64,000 nt of DNA, from assembly GCA_963792585.1 (NCBI GenBank), contig CAWBWI010000001.1, forward strand, positions 1,280,001 through 1,344,000. Reading direction: 5' to 3'. Below, piece by piece: positions 11,088 through 21,880 of this stretch. Position 1 is the first letter of the stretch, and every line of letters starts with the position of its first letter. Both the position numbers and the translations under genes were made by a program. The notes below the pieces were generated by a model. That model saw only the letters and a program-made list of their open reading frames with translations, was not told where the DNA came from and ran no database searches. Origin of the DNA: Candidatus Eiseniibacteriota bacterium (GTDB taxonomy: Bacteria; Eisenbacteria; RBG-16-71-46; CAIMUX01; VGJL01).

Positions 11088-12249
11088 TCACTCCCCGTAT
11101 TGGAGATCCAGGCTGTAGTCCACGTCGTCGGTCCAGAAACGAATCTGGATCAAGGCTTGGCCGTCGGTCTCGGAGGTCACCTGGAGCACTATGGGATTGT
11201 CCGTTCCTTCGGATCGGGCCGTATTCCCGCTCGGTGGAATCAGCTCGACGCGACGGTGCGCCCCCTCCCCACCGGAGATCGTCGCGTCCAAAGTCATGGT
11301 CAAGGCCTGTCCTGCGGCCATCGCAATCGTGTAGAAGTCCTGGTCGACGTCGCACCCGCGAAGTCCCGTATGGAGTCCGGCCGTCAGAGGGGCCGCCATG
11401 TCGCGGAAATCATTGTCCTCGAACGCGTCGTCGTCGCACGGATCGCCGGCCGTCACAGCCAGGTCATAGAGAACGTACTCCCCGGGGTCCAGCCCGTAGC
11501 TGCTGTAGATCTCCACGAAGTAGGTGCCCGGAAGGAAGGTGTAGCTGTAGTCCGGGGTTTCGCCGGGACGCGCCGAAGTTCCGAGGGTCGCATAGTACTC
11601 GTGCGGGCCGCGCATGAAGTGGATCTGCCAGCCCGGGTAGTCGGTCGTATCCGCGGAGGCATCATGGATCAGCGTCGACACCGTGATCCTGCTGGTGGCG
11701 TCAACGTCCAGGCGATAGATGTCCTTGTCTTCGTCGCAAATACTCAGGGACCGGCGGACTCTCCCGATGGTCACCGGCTGAGGCGGATTCCACGTCCGGG
11801 TTCGGCTCGAGCGCGTCCGCGATGTGCGCGCAGTCGTCGACCCCCGTCTGGAAGCTGCGGGTGAACGGCTCCACCCCGTTGCCCGCGAGATCGACCGCCG
11901 TCTGCGTCACGAAGATCGTGTGCGCAGACCCCGCGGCGAGGAGCGTGTCGAGCGTGACCGTCGCGGTCAGGTTCGCGGGATCGTACTCGACGTGCCCGTG
12001 GGAGGAATAGCCGGCGACCCCCACGGACGCCGCGGTCAGTGAAGCGGGGTCCATCGCCTCCGAGAAGGTCACCGTGATCGGCACGACGAGCCCGACATCG
12101 GTCGCGTTGGCCACCGGGGTCGCGGATACGACCGTCGGGGCCACCGTGTCGCCCGGGCCGGTTTCATCCGCCACGCGGTCGCGGCCGCCGCAGGACAGGC
12201 AGATGGTGCAGAGCGCCAGGAGCGCCGTGATCTCCAGTTTCCCCGTCAT
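11088..12249 (-). CDS. Lipoprotein with Ig-like (Big_5/SbsA) and pre-peptidase C-terminal-like domains; frameshifted near 11780
   Basis: Lipobox ...CLSC; DTVAPTVVSATP...FSEAMDPASL; continues in another frame (11088-11774) with DDDAFEDND/DQDFY repeats. Confidence 0.7.
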
Positions 12250-12314
12250 GGCTTCCCTCCTTCGGACGTCGGCATCGTCCGGCGCGGCCCGCAGCTCCCG
12301 GGGAAAGCCCGCGA

Positions 12315-13994
12315 TCAGTTCCGAACGAGCTTCCGGTACTTGATCCGGTGAGGCTGAAGAGCTTCCGCGCCGAGGCGGCGCTTCTTGTCCTCTTCGTATT
12401 CCTGGAAGTTCCCCTCGAACCAATGGACCCTGCTCTCGTCCTCGAATCCGAGGATGTGGGTCGCGATCCGGTCGAGGAACCAGCGATCGTGACTGATCAC
12501 GACGACGCAGCCGGCGAACTCGATGAGAGCCTCCTCGAGGGCGCGCAGCGTGTCGACGTCGAGGTCGTTCGTCGGCTCGTCGAGGAGCAGCAGGTTTCCG
12601 CCGCTCTTCAAGAGCTTGGCGAGATGGACACGGTTCCGCTCGCCGCCGGACAGGTCGCCGACCTTCTTCTGCTGGTCGGATCCCTTGAAGCCGAACCAGG
12701 CGCAGTAGGCCCGGCTGTTCACCTCGCGCTTGCCGAGGGGAACCACGTCGCTCCCCCCCGAGATCTCCTGCCAGACCGAATTGGCCGGGGCGAGCGCGTC
12801 CCGCACCTGGTCCACATAGGAAATCGAGACGGTCTCCCCCACCTTGAGGACCCCCGAATCGGGATGCTCCTGGCCCACGATCATGCGAAAGAGGGTCGTC
12901 TTGCCGGCCCCGTTGGGACCGATCACGCCGACGATGCCGCCCTTGGGCAACGAGAAGCTCATCCCGTCGACCAGGAGTCGATCGCCGAATCCCTTCCTGA
13001 CGTCCTCTGCCACGACGACGACATCGCCGAGTCGGGGTCCCGGCGGGATCACGATTTCAGCCGTCTGCTCCTGCTTCTCCATGTCCTGATTGAGCAGCTC
13101 TTCGTAAGCGGATAGGCGTGCCTTTCCTTTCGCCTGGCGCGCGCGCGGACTCATCCGCACCCACTCGAGTTCCCGGCTGAGGGTGCGCAAGCGCTTCGTC
13201 TCGGCCTTCTGCTCGTTGCGCAGGCGCTCCTCTTTCTGTTGGAGCCAGGAGGAGTAGTTGCCCTCCCAGGGGATGCCGTGGCCGCGGTCGAGTTCGAGGA
13301 TCCAGCCGGCGACGTTGTCGAGGAAGTAGCGGTCGTGCGTGACGGCGACGATTGTCCCGGGGAAGTCCTTCAAGTGCTGCTCCAGCCAGGCGACCGACTC
13401 GGCGTCGAGGTGGTTCGTCGGCTCGTCCAGTAGCAGCAGATCCGGCTGTTGCAGGAGGACGCGGCAAAGGGCCACGCGACGGCGTTCGCCGCCGGAGAGG
13501 TTCGTCACCTCCGCGTCTCCGGGAGGGCAGCGCAACGCGTCCATCGCGATCTCGATCTTCCGGTCCAGTTCCCAGCCTTCCCCGTGCTCGATCTTCTCCT
13601 GGACATCCCCCTGCTCCTGGATCAGGCGATCCATCTCCTCCGGCTCCATCGGCTCCGCGAAACGGGCGCTGATCTCCTCGAAGTGCCGCAGGAGGTCTCG
13701 CATCTCGGAGACTCCCTCTTCGATGTTCTCCTTCACCGTCTTCGCAGGGTCGAGCACCGGCTCTTGCGGGAGGTAGGCGATCTTGATGTCGGGACCGGGC
13801 GTGGCCTCGCCGAGATGGGCCGTGTCCTCCCCGGCCATGATCCGCAGCAATGAGGACTTGCCCGCGCCGTTGAGGCCGAGCACGCCGATCTTCGCCCCGT
13901 AGAAGAACGAGAGCGAGATGTCGCGCAGCACGACCTTGTCGGGCGGATGGACCTTCCCGACCTTACGCATGGTGAAGATGAACGGACCCGCCAC
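12315..13994 (-). CDS. ettA: Energy-dependent translational throttle ABC-F protein
   Basis: [11 protein letters not shown]-terminus, [22 protein letters not shown], two ABC domains, [15 protein letters not shown] linker, PHRIKYRKL end. Confidence 0.95.
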   Translation of the reverse strand: MAGPFIFTMRKVGKVHPPDKVVLRDISLSFFYGAKIGVLGLNGAGKSSLLRIMAGEDTAHLGEATPGPDIKIAYLPQEPVLDPAKTVKENIEEGVSEMRDLLRHFEEISARFAEPMEPEEMDRLIQEQGDVQEKIEHGEGWELDRKIEIAMDALRCPPGDAEVTNLSGGERRRVALCRVLLQQPDLLLLDEPTNHLDAESVAWLEQHLKDFPGTIVAVTHDRYFLDNVAGWILELDRGHGIPWEGNYSSWLQQKEERLRNEQKAETKRLRTLSRELEWVRMSPRARQAKGKARLSAYEELLNQDMEKQEQTAEIVIPPGPRLGDVVVVAEDVRKGFGDRLLVDGMSFSLPKGGIVGVIGPNGAGKTTLFRMIVGQEHPDSGVLKVGETVSISYVDQVRDALAPANSVWQEISGGSDVVPLGKREVNSRAYCAWFGFKGSDQQKKVGDLSGGERNRVHLAKLLKSGGNLLLLDEPTNDLDVDTLRALEEALIEFAGCVVVISHDRWFLDRIATHILGFEDESRVHWFEGNFQEYEEDKKRRLGAEALQPHRIKYRKLVRN

Positions 13995-14067
13995 AAGGAC
14001 CTCCTGCTCATTTGTCGATCGGCCGGACCAGAGGAGATCCTAGCGCGTTCGTGCGCATGTTGCGCCG

Positions 14068-15747
14068 GTGGAATCCCGCCGCCAGGGCTTCCGACGTCGA
14101 GCCGGTGAGCGCTCCCCGCCATGGCTTGCGGGGTTCGGGGGGGAATCGGTACCCTCCGCCATCGTGGAAGCGATTCGATCATCCCGCAGCGGCTGGTACC
14201 TCGCGGCCGGAATCGCCATCGTGGACCTCATCGTGCGCCTGCTCGTCGCACTGCGACCCCTCGAATACATCGACGGCATGACGGTTCCTGATGATGCCTA
14301 CATCTCGCTAACGATCGCCCGAAACATCGCCCGCGGGCTCGGGCCCCTCTTCGGGACGGCCCACACGAACGGCTTCCAACCCCTGTATGTCTTTCTCGCC
14401 GCTCCGTTCTTCCGCTGGTTCCCGGGAAACCCCGAGACCCCGGTGCACGCCGCACTTGTGCTCCTGTGCATCCTGGATGCGGTAGCGCTCCTTTTGCTCT
14501 GCCGATTCCTGACAAGGATAGGTCGCTCTTCGCTCGCGCTCCTTGCCTTGGGGACGGTCTGGGTCTTCAATCCCTACGCGGTGAAGACGACGGTGAACGG
14601 GTTGGAGACATCCATGTCGGTCGCGGCGCTCGCGGCGACACTGCTCGCATTCACCCATTACAGAGCGGCCCCGACAGCGCGTGAGGACGCCCGGCGTGCG
14701 CTCCTGCTTGGGTTCTGCGCCGGGGTGGCGATCCTGGCCCGGATCGACAACGTCTTCCTGCTTCTCGCGATCTGGCTTCTCGTCCTTTCGAGGCACTCGC
14801 GACCTTGGGCTCCGCGCCGGCTCATTCGAGCGACCCTTCTCATCGCCGCGCCGGCGATCCTGGTCAATATTCCTTGGTGGATCTACTCGTTGCACTACAC
14901 CGGAGATGTCTTTCCGATCAGCGGCAAAGCGGTGCGGTACCAGTCCCTCGCGCTCGTGGACCACGCACCGACGCTCGGAAACTGGTATCTACCCCTGCTC
15001 GGCCGGTCGCTCAAGATCCTGCTCTTCGGGAACCGGGTGGCGATCGCGGGTGGTCTGATCCTCGGCCTCCTCCTCATCGTGCGGGAGGGACGCTCGGGGC
15101 TCGCGGCGGCGGCTTCATGGCTGCGAGAGCTTTCTCCCCTGGCGTGGCACGCTCTCTTCCTCGTCCTCGCTTACTCCCTCTTCGTCTTCACGCCATGGTT
15201 TTTCCCGCGATACCTCGCTCCGACGATGGCCTTCTTCGCGCTCGGCTTCGCGTGCATGGCCGATGGATTCCGGTCACGGATCGCCAATCCGCAGACCCGG
15301 CAGACGTTCGCAATCCTGCTGCTCGTCCTGGCCGCGGCCCTCAATTTCGGTCGCAGCGAATTCCGCCAGTTCTACACATCGAAGGACAACGTGACGCAGG
15401 GGTACATGAATCTGGGTCTTTGGGCGCGCCAGCAGTTCCCGGACGGCACCCGGATCGGGAGCATGCAGAGCGGCGCACTCGCCTACTTCGCGGACAATCT
15501 CACGGTCATCAATCTGGACGGCGTCGTGAACCGCCCATGTTACGACATGCTGGTGCGCAAGCAGGGCATCGAGTACATCCGCGAGAGCGGAACGCAGTAT
15601 GTGGTCGATTGGCTCGAGAACATCGAACACCTTCGAAAGGAATCGGCGTCATGGCGCGAGGACGATCTGATCCCGCTTGGCCGGATCGACGGCTTCGGGA
15701 CCTGGCGTCACAACTGGTTTCTCTTCAGGGTGAATGATCGCCGCTGA
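14068..15747 (+). CDS. Polytopic GT-C fold glycosyltransferase-like membrane protein
   Basis: PDDAYISLTIARNI, TNGFQPLY, NGLET, LARID, NLDGVVN; about 11 TM segments; start codon uncertain. Confidence 0.75.
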   Translation: MESRRQGFRRRAGERSPPWLAGFGGESVPSAIVEAIRSSRSGWYLAAGIAIVDLIVRLLVALRPLEYIDGMTVPDDAYISLTIARNIARGLGPLFGTAHTNGFQPLYVFLAAPFFRWFPGNPETPVHAALVLLCILDAVALLLLCRFLTRIGRSSLALLALGTVWVFNPYAVKTTVNGLETSMSVAALAATLLAFTHYRAAPTAREDARRALLLGFCAGVAILARIDNVFLLLAIWLLVLSRHSRPWAPRRLIRATLLIAAPAILVNIPWWIYSLHYTGDVFPISGKAVRYQSLALVDHAPTLGNWYLPLLGRSLKILLFGNRVAIAGGLILGLLLIVREGRSGLAAAASWLRELSPLAWHALFLVLAYSLFVFTPWFFPRYLAPTMAFFALGFACMADGFRSRIANPQTRQTFAILLLVLAAALNFGRSEFRQFYTSKDNVTQGYMNLGLWARQQFPDGTRIGSMQSGALAYFADNLTVINLDGVVNRPCYDMLVRKQGIEYIRESGTQYVVDWLENIEHLRKESASWREDDLIPLGRIDGFGTWRHNWFLFRVNDRR

Positions 15748-15838
15748 TCCGGAGCCGTTCCCCTGCCGGCCGGCGTGAGACGCGATCGCCTGCCTGCTGA
15801 AGAGGGAAGCGCCCCGTAGGGACGTGGCCCTGCCTATC

Positions 15839-16372
15839 TCAGTTCGTCGAGAACCACAATCGGTCAGGGAGCACCGTCCAGACCGTGACCCGGACCTTCT
15901 TCCACGGCTCGGCCTGCGGATCGACGGACGAGATTGCCATCTGAATCGACAGCCCCTGGTCCATCATCATCGCGATCGGCTGGTTGCACCCGCGCGGCAA
16001 ATAGCCGATCCGGGCCCCCTCGCTCGAGTAGAGGGCGACCGCCCAGCAATCGTACGGATTCCCGCTCTCACGAATAGGCACGAGGGCGGCCCCGACCTCG
16101 AGCCGCCGCAGAACCTTCGGGTGCATCCCGTGGTGGTGTTGGAACCCGGCAACGAAGACGGAGGCGAGGATCACCAGATGCTCGGGGCAGAAGGGAGCCG
16201 GACTGTCCGTGCCGGAAGCGGACGAAGCGGAGGCTCCGTCATCTCCCCGAGAAGCCGGCCGTGCGCCGGTCCCTTCCCCGAGTCGGTCCCCCGCTCCCGT
16301 CGACGGTCGCGCCGCGTCTGCGGCCTTCCGATTCTCTACAAGACGACGCCACCGCTCGTTCTCTTGATCCAT
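15839..16372 (-). CDS. Stand-alone HIRAN domain protein
   Basis: VAGFQHH...RESGNPYDCWAVALY...IGYLPR HIRAN signature. Confidence 0.8.
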   Translation of the reverse strand: MDQENERWRRLVENRKAADAARPSTGAGDRLGEGTGARPASRGDDGASASSASGTDSPAPFCPEHLVILASVFVAGFQHHHGMHPKVLRRLEVGAALVPIRESGNPYDCWAVALYSSEGARIGYLPRGCNQPIAMMMDQGLSIQMAISSVDPQAEPWKKVRVTVWTVLPDRLWFSTN

Positions 16373-16423
16373 TGATACCCTCCCTCATGCCATGTTGCGG
16401 GGATCACAAGGGAAGGGTACCGG

Positions 16424-16456
16424 GCGGGGGGTGACATCCGTTAACACCCCCCCCGC
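16424..16456. terminator. GC-rich hairpin, probable terminator of the minus-strand gene ending at 16483
   Basis: GCGGGGGGTG-N11-CACCCCCCCCGC inverted repeat. Confidence 0.5.
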
Positions 16457-16482
16457 GCGCAGGCCGGCGGATGGGACCCGAA

Positions 16483-17970
16483 TCAGCGTGCCAGGGTCAG
16501 CTTCCCCGTCTGCGTCGCCGATCCGGTCAGCAATCGGTAGTAGTAGACTCCGTCTGCTAGGCCATCCGTGTCGAACTCCACGGTCTTTCTCCCCGGTCCT
16601 TGCACCTCGTTCACGAGGAGCCCGACGGTGCGTCCCGTCACGCCATGGACTTGGAGCGAGACGTGGGCCCGCGCGGGGATGGTATAGGCAATTGTCGTCC
16701 ACGCCTTGCAGGGGTTCGGGGAGTTCTGTTCGAGAATCGTCACCTTCGTGTCGACGCCCTCGACATCCGGCGCCGCCGCGGACGCAGCCTGGTTCAGCCT
16801 GGCCGTGGAGCCGCCGACCACGAAGACGCTCAAATCCGATCCGAGGATGATGGCATTGGCGTAGCTGCCGGGCGTGGTCGCCGTCCAGGCGGAAGAACCA
16901 TCGCTGTTCACCTTGCAGACCGCCATCTCCGTCAGCGTGCCGGCGGCGAGATAGATGTTGTCGAGCGGATCCATCACCAAGTGCGCGTGCATGAGAAGGG
17001 CGTACGGACCGTCCGCATTCGGATTCGTCCATACGATGTCGCCGTTTCCATCGGTCTTCAGAAAGGACGCGCCCCCCGATCCCTGGTTGGGGAACCCACA
17101 GATGACAGGCTGATTGTCGCTACCGACTTCAACGCGGAAGGCGGCCAGGTCGTAGACCCGCGACCAGAGGAGGCTGCCGGATGGCGAGATCTTCTTGAGC
17201 TCGGTCCCGCCGTTGAACACATACTCGGCGTGGACGAGGTAGGTGTTGCCGAAAGCGTCTCCATCGGCGTCACCCACCGTAACGCTGTTCACTCCCGGGA
17301 AGCTCCAGACCTTGTTTCCGCTCCGGTCGATCTTCGCGTACCCGTTGACGCTCCCGAAGATGGCCCGGGCGGCGATGACGATGCCGCTATCGGGTGAGAA
17401 CTTGAAGTTGACCGGCGCGCCGATCCCATCCCCATCGAAGTACGACCACACGGCCGTCCCATCGGGGGCGAACTTCTTGACCTTGGTGACAAAGCCCGAC
17501 TGCCCGCTCCCCATGCCGAGGACGTAGATGTTGTCCTCTTCGTCGACAAGACACTTCTTCGTGTAGCTGCCGTCGAACGAGTTTTCGTAGACCACCCGCC
17601 ACACGAGGTCGCCGGACGGATTGAACTTCATCAGGATGGATGCCGCGTTGACCGGGTTCGAGTATCCCGACATCAGGGTGCCCGTCACGAGGATGTTGTT
17701 CTGGTGATCCGTCGCGACCCAGGTGGCCTTCTCCCAATTGCTGTTGCTCGTCTGGTCGAACTTCGCTTCCCACTGAAACGCGCCGTCGGCGTTTCGCTTG
17801 GTCAGGAGGATGTCCCCCGCAGGATTGTAGTCATAGCTGACGGTGTAGACGTTCGCCGCGGAGTCCAGGGCCACGGACACGCCCTCCGTGTCCACAACCC
17901 AGTCGACACTGACCTGCCCAAGCGCGGCCACCGGAAGCATCAGAACCGCCAGCACAATCGCAATCTTCAA
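16483..17970 (-). CDS. Secreted beta-propeller (SBBP-like) protein with C-terminal T9SS-A/FlgD-like domain
   Basis: GGAGGA RBS before TTG 17970; signal peptide; repeated DxxxNxYV...K.....G...W blades; LEQNSPNP...GVYYYRL. Confidence 0.8.
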   Translation of the reverse strand: MKIAIVLAVLMLPVAALGQVSVDWVVDTEGVSVALDSAANVYTVSYDYNPAGDILLTKRNADGAFQWEAKFDQTSNSNWEKATWVATDHQNNILVTGTLMSGYSNPVNAASILMKFNPSGDLVWRVVYENSFDGSYTKKCLVDEEDNIYVLGMGSGQSGFVTKVKKFAPDGTAVWSYFDGDGIGAPVNFKFSPDSGIVIAARAIFGSVNGYAKIDRSGNKVWSFPGVNSVTVGDADGDAFGNTYLVHAEYVFNGGTELKKISPSGSLLWSRVYDLAAFRVEVGSDNQPVICGFPNQGSGGASFLKTDGNGDIVWTNPNADGPYALLMHAHLVMDPLDNIYLAAGTLTEMAVCKVNSDGSSAWTATTPGSYANAIILGSDLSVFVVGGSTARLNQAASAAAPDVEGVDTKVTILEQNSPNPCKAWTTIAYTIPARAHVSLQVHGVTGRTVGLLVNEVQGPGRKTVEFDTDGLADGVYYYRLLTGSATQTGKLTLAR

Positions 17971-18231
17971 GAGTTCCTCCCCAGTTTCATCCCTCGGTCC
18001 ATCCATTCAGGTTGCTCTCTAGAGCAGTGACGCATTTGGGAGCTTTGATACATGGCGAAATTCGCAACACTTCCACGGCGCGAGAGCCCGTTCGTGGCCC
18101 ACGGGCAGGCGCATCCCCGGGTACCGGGTGCCCTGGTCGTGATCAGGGTCGTCGACGCGGTCGTTGTTGAATCGCCCGGCCGGGCGCACGGAAGTCACAG
18201 TTGGGACGCCAAGGGGCGTCCCCCCTCGAAG

Positions 18232-19233
18232 CTAGTCGATCTTCACGATCTTTCGGTGGAATCGGGTCACGACCGTGGGATCGGGATAGAGCGTTGTGGT
18301 CGCCTCCGCCTTGCCGCCGTAGTCGAACAGGCTTAGAACGTAGCGGATGCTCTCGAGTCGCGCCAACTTTTTGTTGTTTGCACGGACGATCACCCACGGA
18401 CTGAACGAGGTATGGGTCCGGCTGAACATCTGCTCCTTGTACAGCGTGTAGGTATCCCACAGCTCCTGGGCCCGTTCGTCGATGGGGCTCAGCTTCCACT
18501 GCTTGAGCGGATTGGCGCGCCGCGCCTCGAAGCGGCCGAGTTGCTCCTCCCGTGAGATGGAGAACCAGAACTTGATGATGGCGACGCCGTCCTCATAGAG
18601 CATGTGCTCGAATTCCGGCACCTGCTGCATGAACCGCTCGTATTCGGCTTGGGTGCAGAAGCCGTTGACCGGTTCGACGACGGCGCGGTTGTACCAGCTC
18701 CGGTCGAAGAAGACGATCTCGCCTGGATTCGGCAGCTGCTTCGCGTATCGCTGGAAGTACCACTGGCCGCGCTCTTCTTCCGTCGGCTTCGGCAACGCCA
18801 CGACACGCATCGCGCGTGGATTGAGGTGCTCGATGAAGCGCCGGATCGTACCGCCCTTGCCGGCGGCGTCGCGTCCTTCGAGAACGACGGCGATCCGCTT
18901 CCCATTCCCTTGCACCCATCTCTGCAGCTTCACCAACTCGATCTGCAGCGCTTCCAGCTCCTCGTCATAGTGCAGGACCTGGAGGACTCCCTTGAGCTTC
19001 ACCTGTCGCTCGCGGAGGAGCGCGATCAACCCTGCCTTGGTGTTCACGCGGGAGAGGTCGTCCTCCGTCAGTACGACCCCGGAATCCCCGATCGCGCGCT
19101 TGTGGTCCTTCGTGCGCGGGTCCGGGATCTCGGACGCTTGGTCCCTTCCCGTTCGAACGAGCTTCGGCCCCGATGCGGGGGCGGCAGCCGCCCGATCGGT
19201 CGGCTTCCGCACGGCATTCCCACGACCCTTCAT
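18232..19233 (-). CDS. ppk2: Polyphosphate kinase 2
   Basis: EGRDAAGKGG, PKPTEEERGQWYFQRY, FDRSWYNRA, WKLSPID. Confidence 0.95.
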   Translation of the reverse strand: MKGRGNAVRKPTDRAAAAPASGPKLVRTGRDQASEIPDPRTKDHKRAIGDSGVVLTEDDLSRVNTKAGLIALLRERQVKLKGVLQVLHYDEELEALQIELVKLQRWVQGNGKRIAVVLEGRDAAGKGGTIRRFIEHLNPRAMRVVALPKPTEEERGQWYFQRYAKQLPNPGEIVFFDRSWYNRAVVEPVNGFCTQAEYERFMQQVPEFEHMLYEDGVAIIKFWFSISREEQLGRFEARRANPLKQWKLSPIDERAQELWDTYTLYKEQMFSRTHTSFSPWVIVRANNKKLARLESIRYVLSLFDYGGKAEATTTLYPDPTVVTRFHRKIVKID

Positions 19234-19460
19234 TCTCGTATTCTCCAGAGGCGCACGCTCGGCGCCCGGCCTCTACGTATCCATCGCCAACATGGACTCT
19301 CCCCATCTCGCAATCGACTGCCGACGGGAACATATTGAGATCTATCGTGATCGGCGCCGGGCGGATGACGAGCGCGTCCCGGTATTGCGATCGATTGCGA
19401 TGAGACGCGTGAAGGCAGGCTTGGGGCCTGCCCCCGCGTGAACTGCGGCTACGGACGGGC

Positions 19461-21653
19461 TTATCGGCTAAGCACGACCTTGGCAGCCTTCGCGGATCGG
19501 TCCGTCGAGAAGCGGATGAAATAGACGCCGTCGGGGGCGCGGCGTCCCGCTCCGGTCGCACCGTCCCACACGATCGTCCCCGCGACGGCGCCGTCGCCCC
19601 TGCCTTGTTCGAGGACGGCAACGCGCCGTCCCTGGGCGTCGAGCACATCGCAGCGCAATGCGCCCGGACGCGGGAGGCTGTACTCGACCTCGACCTTCGG
19701 GCCCAGTGTCCCGCGCACGCGTAGCGCGATGTCCCCCCGATCGCCGCCCGGCGAAAGCGGATCCCCCGCCGCTGCGGGGTCGATGCGCGTCACCTTCATG
19801 ATGACGGCGCTGCCTCCTCCGACCCAGAAGCCGTCCGCGACCGGGTAGAGACAGGAGCCGGCGGTCGTGGAGGGAAGCACGATGGAATCCCAGGTCGCCC
19901 CTCCATCCTCGGTGACGAAGATCGTCCCATCGTGGTGCCAGCTGTCGCGGGTCGCCGCGCCATGGAGCGCGTCGGAGAATGCCAGGTCATAGGCGTTCTC
20001 GGACCAGACGCGCGTCCAGGATCCGCCCCCGTTGGTGGTGCGGTAGATCCCTCCGCTGTTGTAGACCGCGGCCAGCCCCACAAGGGAATCATGCCAGTGG
20101 ATCTGCCATGTCCACGATGGAAGACCGGTGACGCCGATCGCCGCCCACGAGGCTCCGCCGTCGGTGGTCTTGAACATCCTGGGACTGCCGCCTGTGTAGC
20201 CCGACGCGAATCCGAGGTTCTCATCGACAAATGAAATCCCCGTGAGCCCACCGGAGGAGGGGATTCCGTTGCTCCTCTGCTCCCAGGTCACTCCGTAGTC
20301 CGTCGTTCGATAGACGCGGGACTGCGTCTGCCCCGTCACGGCCGCGAATGCGATGCCGGCCGCGGGGACCGACAAATTGAACGCCCTTCCATTCGTTGGG
20401 TTGTTCGGAATCGCGACGGGAAGCCAGTTCTGACCGCCGTTCGTGGTTCGCCACATTTGACCGTAGTCTCCGGCGACGACGGCCCGGTCCGCGTCCCAGT
20501 ACTCGATCGCCTGGGTGAATGCGATCTGCGGGCCCGTCGGGTCCTCGGACCAGGTCGCGCCGCCGTCATCGGTGTGAAACCAATGCAGGGGTGGCGATGT
20601 GTCGGTGCCCGCGGCACCCTGTCCGCTCGGCCCCACGCCGATCGCGCCGATCTCTCCCCGCAGTCCGGTGACCGCCGTGTGCGTCGCGTTGCTCCAGGTC
20701 GCGCCGGCATCGGACGAGCGGAAGGCGTCTCCTTCGTCGGAGACGGCCACCATGGCTCCGTCGGGGAGCAGGTCGATGTCGAGGAATCCGCCACCGCCCG
20801 CCTGAAGCGAGACATCCCAGTTGTGCCCGCCGTCCGTCGTCTCGAAGATCGAGGCACCCTCGAGATTCGTCACGACAAACCAGTGGTCCGCGGAAAGCAG
20901 GGCGACATTCCCCATGTAGACGACGTTGGAGGCCGGGAACTCGTCGGCCCAGGTCGCGCCTGCGTTCGTCGTGCGCCAGATCGCGAAGTCACTCAGGATG
21001 ACACCGTGTTGCGCGTCCGTGAAGAAGACTTCATTGAAGATCTGGTTGTCCGGTACCCCGCTGAGAGGCAACCAGGTCTGACCACCGTTGGTCGTGCGTC
21101 GCGCGAGGAAGGAGCCGAGGACGTAGCCGTTGGACGGATCGAGCCAGAGCTGCTCATGCAGATCTTGCGCGCCTGGAGACGCGAGCATGGTCCAGGTCAC
21201 TCCTGCGTCGGTCGAGCGAAGGACTTGTCCGTCGTCCCCCGCTGCGCAGAGGATGGTGCTCGAGACCCGCTCGAGGTCGTTGAGTGTTCCGGTGGAGGGA
21301 TTCGTCACGGGCGACCACGACGCTCCCGAATCGGCCGAGCGGAAGACCCCGGGGGAAGCGCCGACGGCCAGAAGCTCTCCTGAGCCGAGGCTGAGGACAT
21401 CCTGCAAGTCGATCGTGAATCCGGGGAACAGATTCCGGCTCACCCACGAGGCGCCCCCATCCGTCGTCACGAGGACCGCGCCACGATCGCCGACAGCCCA
21501 GCCGGTCGCGGCATCCTGGAAGTCCGCGCCCCGCAGGGCATTGCCCTGCGGTGTCGGAAGGGCCCAACTGAATTGGTATTCGGTCGCGGCGGCGGAAGTG
21601 CTGAGGGCCGCGCACGCCAGAACGGCCATCGTGAGAGCGACATGGAACCGCAT
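19461..21653 (-). CDS. Secreted YCF48/BNR-repeat protein with C-terminal FlgD-like domain
   Basis: Signal peptide; PTPQGNAL start; many TxDGGxxW Asp-box repeats; WDG...GVYFIR. Confidence 0.85.
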   Translation of the reverse strand: MRFHVALTMAVLACAALSTSAAATEYQFSWALPTPQGNALRGADFQDAATGWAVGDRGAVLVTTDGGASWVSRNLFPGFTIDLQDVLSLGSGELLAVGASPGVFRSADSGASWSPVTNPSTGTLNDLERVSSTILCAAGDDGQVLRSTDAGVTWTMLASPGAQDLHEQLWLDPSNGYVLGSFLARRTTNGGQTWLPLSGVPDNQIFNEVFFTDAQHGVILSDFAIWRTTNAGATWADEFPASNVVYMGNVALLSADHWFVVTNLEGASIFETTDGGHNWDVSLQAGGGGFLDIDLLPDGAMVAVSDEGDAFRSSDAGATWSNATHTAVTGLRGEIGAIGVGPSGQGAAGTDTSPPLHWFHTDDGGATWSEDPTGPQIAFTQAIEYWDADRAVVAGDYGQMWRTTNGGQNWLPVAIPNNPTNGRAFNLSVPAAGIAFAAVTGQTQSRVYRTTDYGVTWEQRSNGIPSSGGLTGISFVDENLGFASGYTGGSPRMFKTTDGGASWAAIGVTGLPSWTWQIHWHDSLVGLAAVYNSGGIYRTTNGGGSWTRVWSENAYDLAFSDALHGAATRDSWHHDGTIFVTEDGGATWDSIVLPSTTAGSCLYPVADGFWVGGGSAVIMKVTRIDPAAAGDPLSPGGDRGDIALRVRGTLGPKVEVEYSLPRPGALRCDVLDAQGRRVAVLEQGRGDGAVAGTIVWDGATGAGRRAPDGVYFIRFSTDRSAKAAKVVLSR

Positions 21654-21764
21654 GGACGGAAACCTCCTTTGTTTGGTCGCAGATTCGTTCCAAAACGATG
21701 GCAAGCAGTCGTGCTTGCGGCCGCTCCGATACGAAGCGCGAGAAGGAAAAGAGCGAGCCTAACC

Positions 21765-21793
21765 TTGTGAGTCCACCTGATATGTCCTACAAT
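21765..21793 (+). promoter_or_regulatory. Putative sigma70 promoter
   Basis: TTGTGA-17 bp-TACAAT upstream of the CDS at 21881. Confidence 0.45.
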
Positions 21794-21880
21794 TAAGAGG
21801 GTTTTGATCGGCCACCGACTTCGCGAAAGGGTGTGTCGCGGGTGAGGTTGCGCCGGTCCTCACGAAAGGGGTGCACTTCG